From assembly GCA_963761305.1 (NCBI GenBank), contig CAVXGK010000002.1, positions 2,816,001-2,880,000 of the forward strand: a stretch of DNA of 64,000 nt, written 5' to 3'. The translations under genes were made by a program, and so were the position numbers. This DNA is from an uncultured Gemmatimonadaceae bacterium (lineage in GTDB: Bacteria; Gemmatimonadota; Gemmatimonadetes; Gemmatimonadales; Gemmatimonadaceae). The stretch's first letter is position 1. Each line of letters opens with the position of its first letter. Below are positions 61,503 through 64,000 of the stretch, in pieces. Under the pieces are notes generated by a model that saw nothing but the letters and a program-made list of their open reading frames with translations, was not told the origin of the DNA and did not search any database.

Positions 61503-63035
61503 TCAACTCCCCGAACGGCGGCCTCGAGAGGGCGGCCCGACTCCGACATCGAGAGTTGTTGCAGGACTTTCCACGCCGGTGCGACTCACCGCCGTCACGA
61601 CGACTCGTTTCGTTGCCGGATCCGTCAGGCGATGCTGCCTGAGCGACCCGGGTAACACTTCTGTCGTCCAGCTCGCTGCGCCGAGCGAACGGACGGTCCA
61701 CAGCCACACTCGCTGGTCCGGTGCCACGGTCAGGCGCACCAGCAGATCGCCGGTGGCCGAGTCGCGCGCCACGCGCGCCGTCGGCCGAGCGGGCGTGACG
61801 CCGCCGAGCCACGGCGACGCCGGGACGAGCGCCGGTTCGCGGTAGCGCGCGGCCAGCTTCTCATCGAGGCTGTCCGGGTCCTTCATGAGCGCCGTCATGT
61901 TGAAGTGGATGTGGCCTTCGTCGCGATCGCGCGAGCGCAGCGTGTCGATCTGGTCGGCGATCTCTTGTGCCGGTATGTGGGCCGCACCGGGATCGGTCAC
62001 GCGATAGTCGGCGAGCCCCGGCCACACGTGGCGATGTTGAGTGTTCTGTGACAACCACCAGTCGAGCAGCACCGGAAAGCTCTGTTCGGTTTGACGAATC
62101 GGCCAATAGAGCTGTGGCGCGAGGTAGTCGACCCACCCTTTCTCGAGCCACAGCTTCGAGTCGCCGTAGATCTGCGCGTACGCGTCGAGCCCGCGAATCT
62201 GCGGCGGGTTGCCGGGGCGCCAGATGCCGAACGGGCTGATCCCGACTCTGACCCACGGCTTGGCCGCGTGCACGGCGCGGTAGAGCGTGACGACCATCGA
62301 ATCGACGTTTGCACGCCGCCAATCCGGCTTCGCCAGCGTGCCGCCGGCTTTCTTATAGACGGCGAAGGTAGTGGCGTCGGGAAAATCCAGCGTGCGTCCG
62401 GCCGCGTCGGTTTCCGGATACGGATAGAAGTAGTCGTCGAGATGGACGCCGTCGATGTCGTAGCGCTTCACCACGTCCACGATCGCGCGAATGGTTCGCC
62501 GTTGTACCTCGGGGCTCCCCGGATCCATCCAGAGGAAGCGGCCGTATGGGCGAACGAGATCGGGACGCGTGCGCACGATGTGCGTTGCGGCGATTGCCGT
62601 GTCGCGCACGTAGGCCGCCCGATACGGATTGAACCACGCGTGCAACTCGAGGCCGCGTTTGTGCGCCGCGTCGACGGCGAACGCGAGCGGATCCCACGGC
62701 GGCTCCGGCGCGCGTCCCTGTCGCCCGGTGAGGAACTGCGACCATGGCTCGTAGGGCGACGCATAGAACGCGTCGCCGCCCGGCCGCACGTGAAGAATGA
62801 TCGCGTTCAGCCCGAGGCTCGTCGCCCGATCGAGAATCGTCAACAGCTCGCGCTGCTGATCCCAGGTGGACAGGCCCGGTTTGGACGGCCAATCCATGTT
62901 CCCGACCGTGGTGACCCACACGGCGCGAAACTCGCGCGGCACCGGCGGCGGTTCCTGTGCCGCGGCGGCCGCGGCGGCCGAGCTCAGCACGCCACTCAGC
63001 GCCACGGTGACGCACACAAAAAAAATCGAGCGCAT
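61503..63035 (-). CDS. Glycosyl hydrolase-like 10 family protein (YddW/DigH-like)
   Basis: REFRAVWV, DWPS, LELHAWFNPYR, YDIDGVHLDDYFYPY, GISPFGIW, DYLAPQLYW. Confidence 0.93.
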   Translation of the reverse strand: MRSIFFVCVTVALSGVLSSAAAAAAAQEPPPVPREFRAVWVTTVGNMDWPSKPGLSTWDQQRELLTILDRATSLGLNAIILHVRPGGDAFYASPYEPWSQFLTGRQGRAPEPPWDPLAFAVDAAHKRGLELHAWFNPYRAAYVRDTAIAATHIVRTRPDLVRPYGRFLWMDPGSPEVQRRTIRAIVDVVKRYDIDGVHLDDYFYPYPETDAAGRTLDFPDATTFAVYKKAGGTLAKPDWRRANVDSMVVTLYRAVHAAKPWVRVGISPFGIWRPGNPPQIRGLDAYAQIYGDSKLWLEKGWVDYLAPQLYWPIRQTEQSFPVLLDWWLSQNTQHRHVWPGLADYRVTDPGAAHIPAQEIADQIDTLRSRDRDEGHIHFNMTALMKDPDSLDEKLAARYREPALVPASPWLGGVTPARPTARVARDSATGDLLVRLTVAPDQRVWLWTVRSLGAASWTTEVLPGSLRQHRLTDPATKRVVVTAVSRTGVESPATTLDVGVGPPSRGRRSGS

Positions 63036-63072
63036 ACTGCAAGCTATGCGCTCGAGCGCTGCTACTCGAAGC

Positions 63073-63906
63073 TCAGCGTTCTCGCGTCCAGAGGACGAGC
63101 GTGCCGCACCCTTGCTTGGTCTCGTTGTACTCGGGGGGCGCCGCCGCGCCGCCGGCGTAGTACTCTGCCGCCGCGAGATCGAGTCCATCCATCTTGGAGA
63201 AGTCCAGCGGCTGCATGCGCGTCGTAATGTCGTAAATCGTCACGCCATCTTCCACGACTTGCACGAAGCAATTGGGCTGCCTGCAACCCGCGAGCGCAGC
63301 GCCGGCGCACGGCTTTCGGGACGAAACCAGATACTCCTCGCCATGCGGTCCGTTGCTTCGCAGAATACCCGGAATGTGCGAGACCAGGATGTTGGCCAAC
63401 GTCTTCCCGTCGTCTTTGCGGAACTGGTCCTCGGTCACGAAATGGCCGAAGCCCATTTTCATGTGCTCCTCGAAGGTCCGGAGCCCACCGCCGATGTACT
63501 TGCTCGCCGTATCGTTCACGATGACAGGCGCGAGGGTCGTCGCATGCGCCAGGACCACTGTGACCGGCGCCGTATCCGCGGGTGAGATCGCCACCGTGAG
63601 CGTCTGCATCTCGTAACCCACCTTGCGAACACGCACCAGGCTCCCGCCGTCCGGCAGGAACATGAGGCTCACGGTCCCCGTTTTCGTGGTCAGGGCCTTG
63701 GTGCCGGTGAACGCGTCGATTACCTCGACGCCCTCGATCGGGTCGCCCGACGCCGCGTCGTACACGCCGAGGAACCGGTACCGGTACCTGTAATCCACGG
63801 GTTTCTTGGCGGCCCCCGTGTCGGCGGGAGGCTTCTGCGCCGCGACTAGCGGAGCCGCGATGGCCGCAAGAAGGGCGGCGCACCCGAACGCCATGAATGT
63901 TTTCAT
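63073..63906 (-). CDS. Exported protein with carboxypeptidase-regulatory-like domain and plug-like C-terminal domain, no barrel
   Basis: Signal peptide; GVYDAASGDPIEGVEV...VRKVGY; AAEYY...PPEY...CGTLVLWTR. Confidence 0.75.
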   Translation of the reverse strand: MKTFMAFGCAALLAAIAAPLVAAQKPPADTGAAKKPVDYRYRYRFLGVYDAASGDPIEGVEVIDAFTGTKALTTKTGTVSLMFLPDGGSLVRVRKVGYEMQTLTVAISPADTAPVTVVLAHATTLAPVIVNDTASKYIGGGLRTFEEHMKMGFGHFVTEDQFRKDDGKTLANILVSHIPGILRSNGPHGEEYLVSSRKPCAGAALAGCRQPNCFVQVVEDGVTIYDITTRMQPLDFSKMDGLDLAAAEYYAGGAAAPPEYNETKQGCGTLVLWTRER

Positions 63907-63959
63907 AACCCGTCTAACCCCACGAAAGCCGTAACCGTCACGCGGCTATATTGATACGC

Positions 63960-64000
63960 ATGGCCAAGTACGACAAGACCCGCGCATGGAAAGAAGCCAA
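63960..64000 (+). CDS. Start of a truncated CDS, possibly a four-helix-bundle protein
   Basis: MAKYDKTRAWKEA resembles the N-terminus of four-helix-bundle (IVP) proteins, but only 13 codons are visible. Confidence 0.3.
   Translation, partial: MAKYDKTRAWKEA

Overview
High-GC bacterial chromosomal window. The gene repertoire (three Hanks-type kinase/TolB-like/TPR proteins, stand-alone TonB-C and plug-domain proteins, many exported peptidases) suggests Gemmatimonadota, which is an inference. About 50 real CDS are present; most ORFs in the supplied track are shadow frames. Main blocks are: an orphan PaoB/YagS-like FAD subunit; sufBCDUS with an IscR-type box; M20, M16 and S9 peptidases; a kinase next to a Cys-rich lipoprotein; molybdate/tungstate ABC permease and ATPase; an ABC-2 exporter; a thiol-stress cluster; a KdpE/KdpD-like pair; AlaX; GT9; MATE; and an omega-aminotransferase-tsdA-soxC-soxD operon. 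The thiol-stress cluster holds an ECF sigma with zinc anti-sigma, panE, an exported msrB and egtB-egtD-Rieske/flavoprotein, and three of its transcription units carry the same GGAAC-N18-GTT promoter. Notable non-coding signals are three copies of a ~250-bp hairpin element between convergent genes, a uORF/terminator/antiterminator ahead of the MATE pump, a structured leader with a terminator ahead of the molybdate permease, short tandem repeats after stop codons and a 21-bp tandem array. No rRNA, tRNA, CRISPR array, transposase or integrase was recognised. All calls come from reading the sequence; no database search was run.
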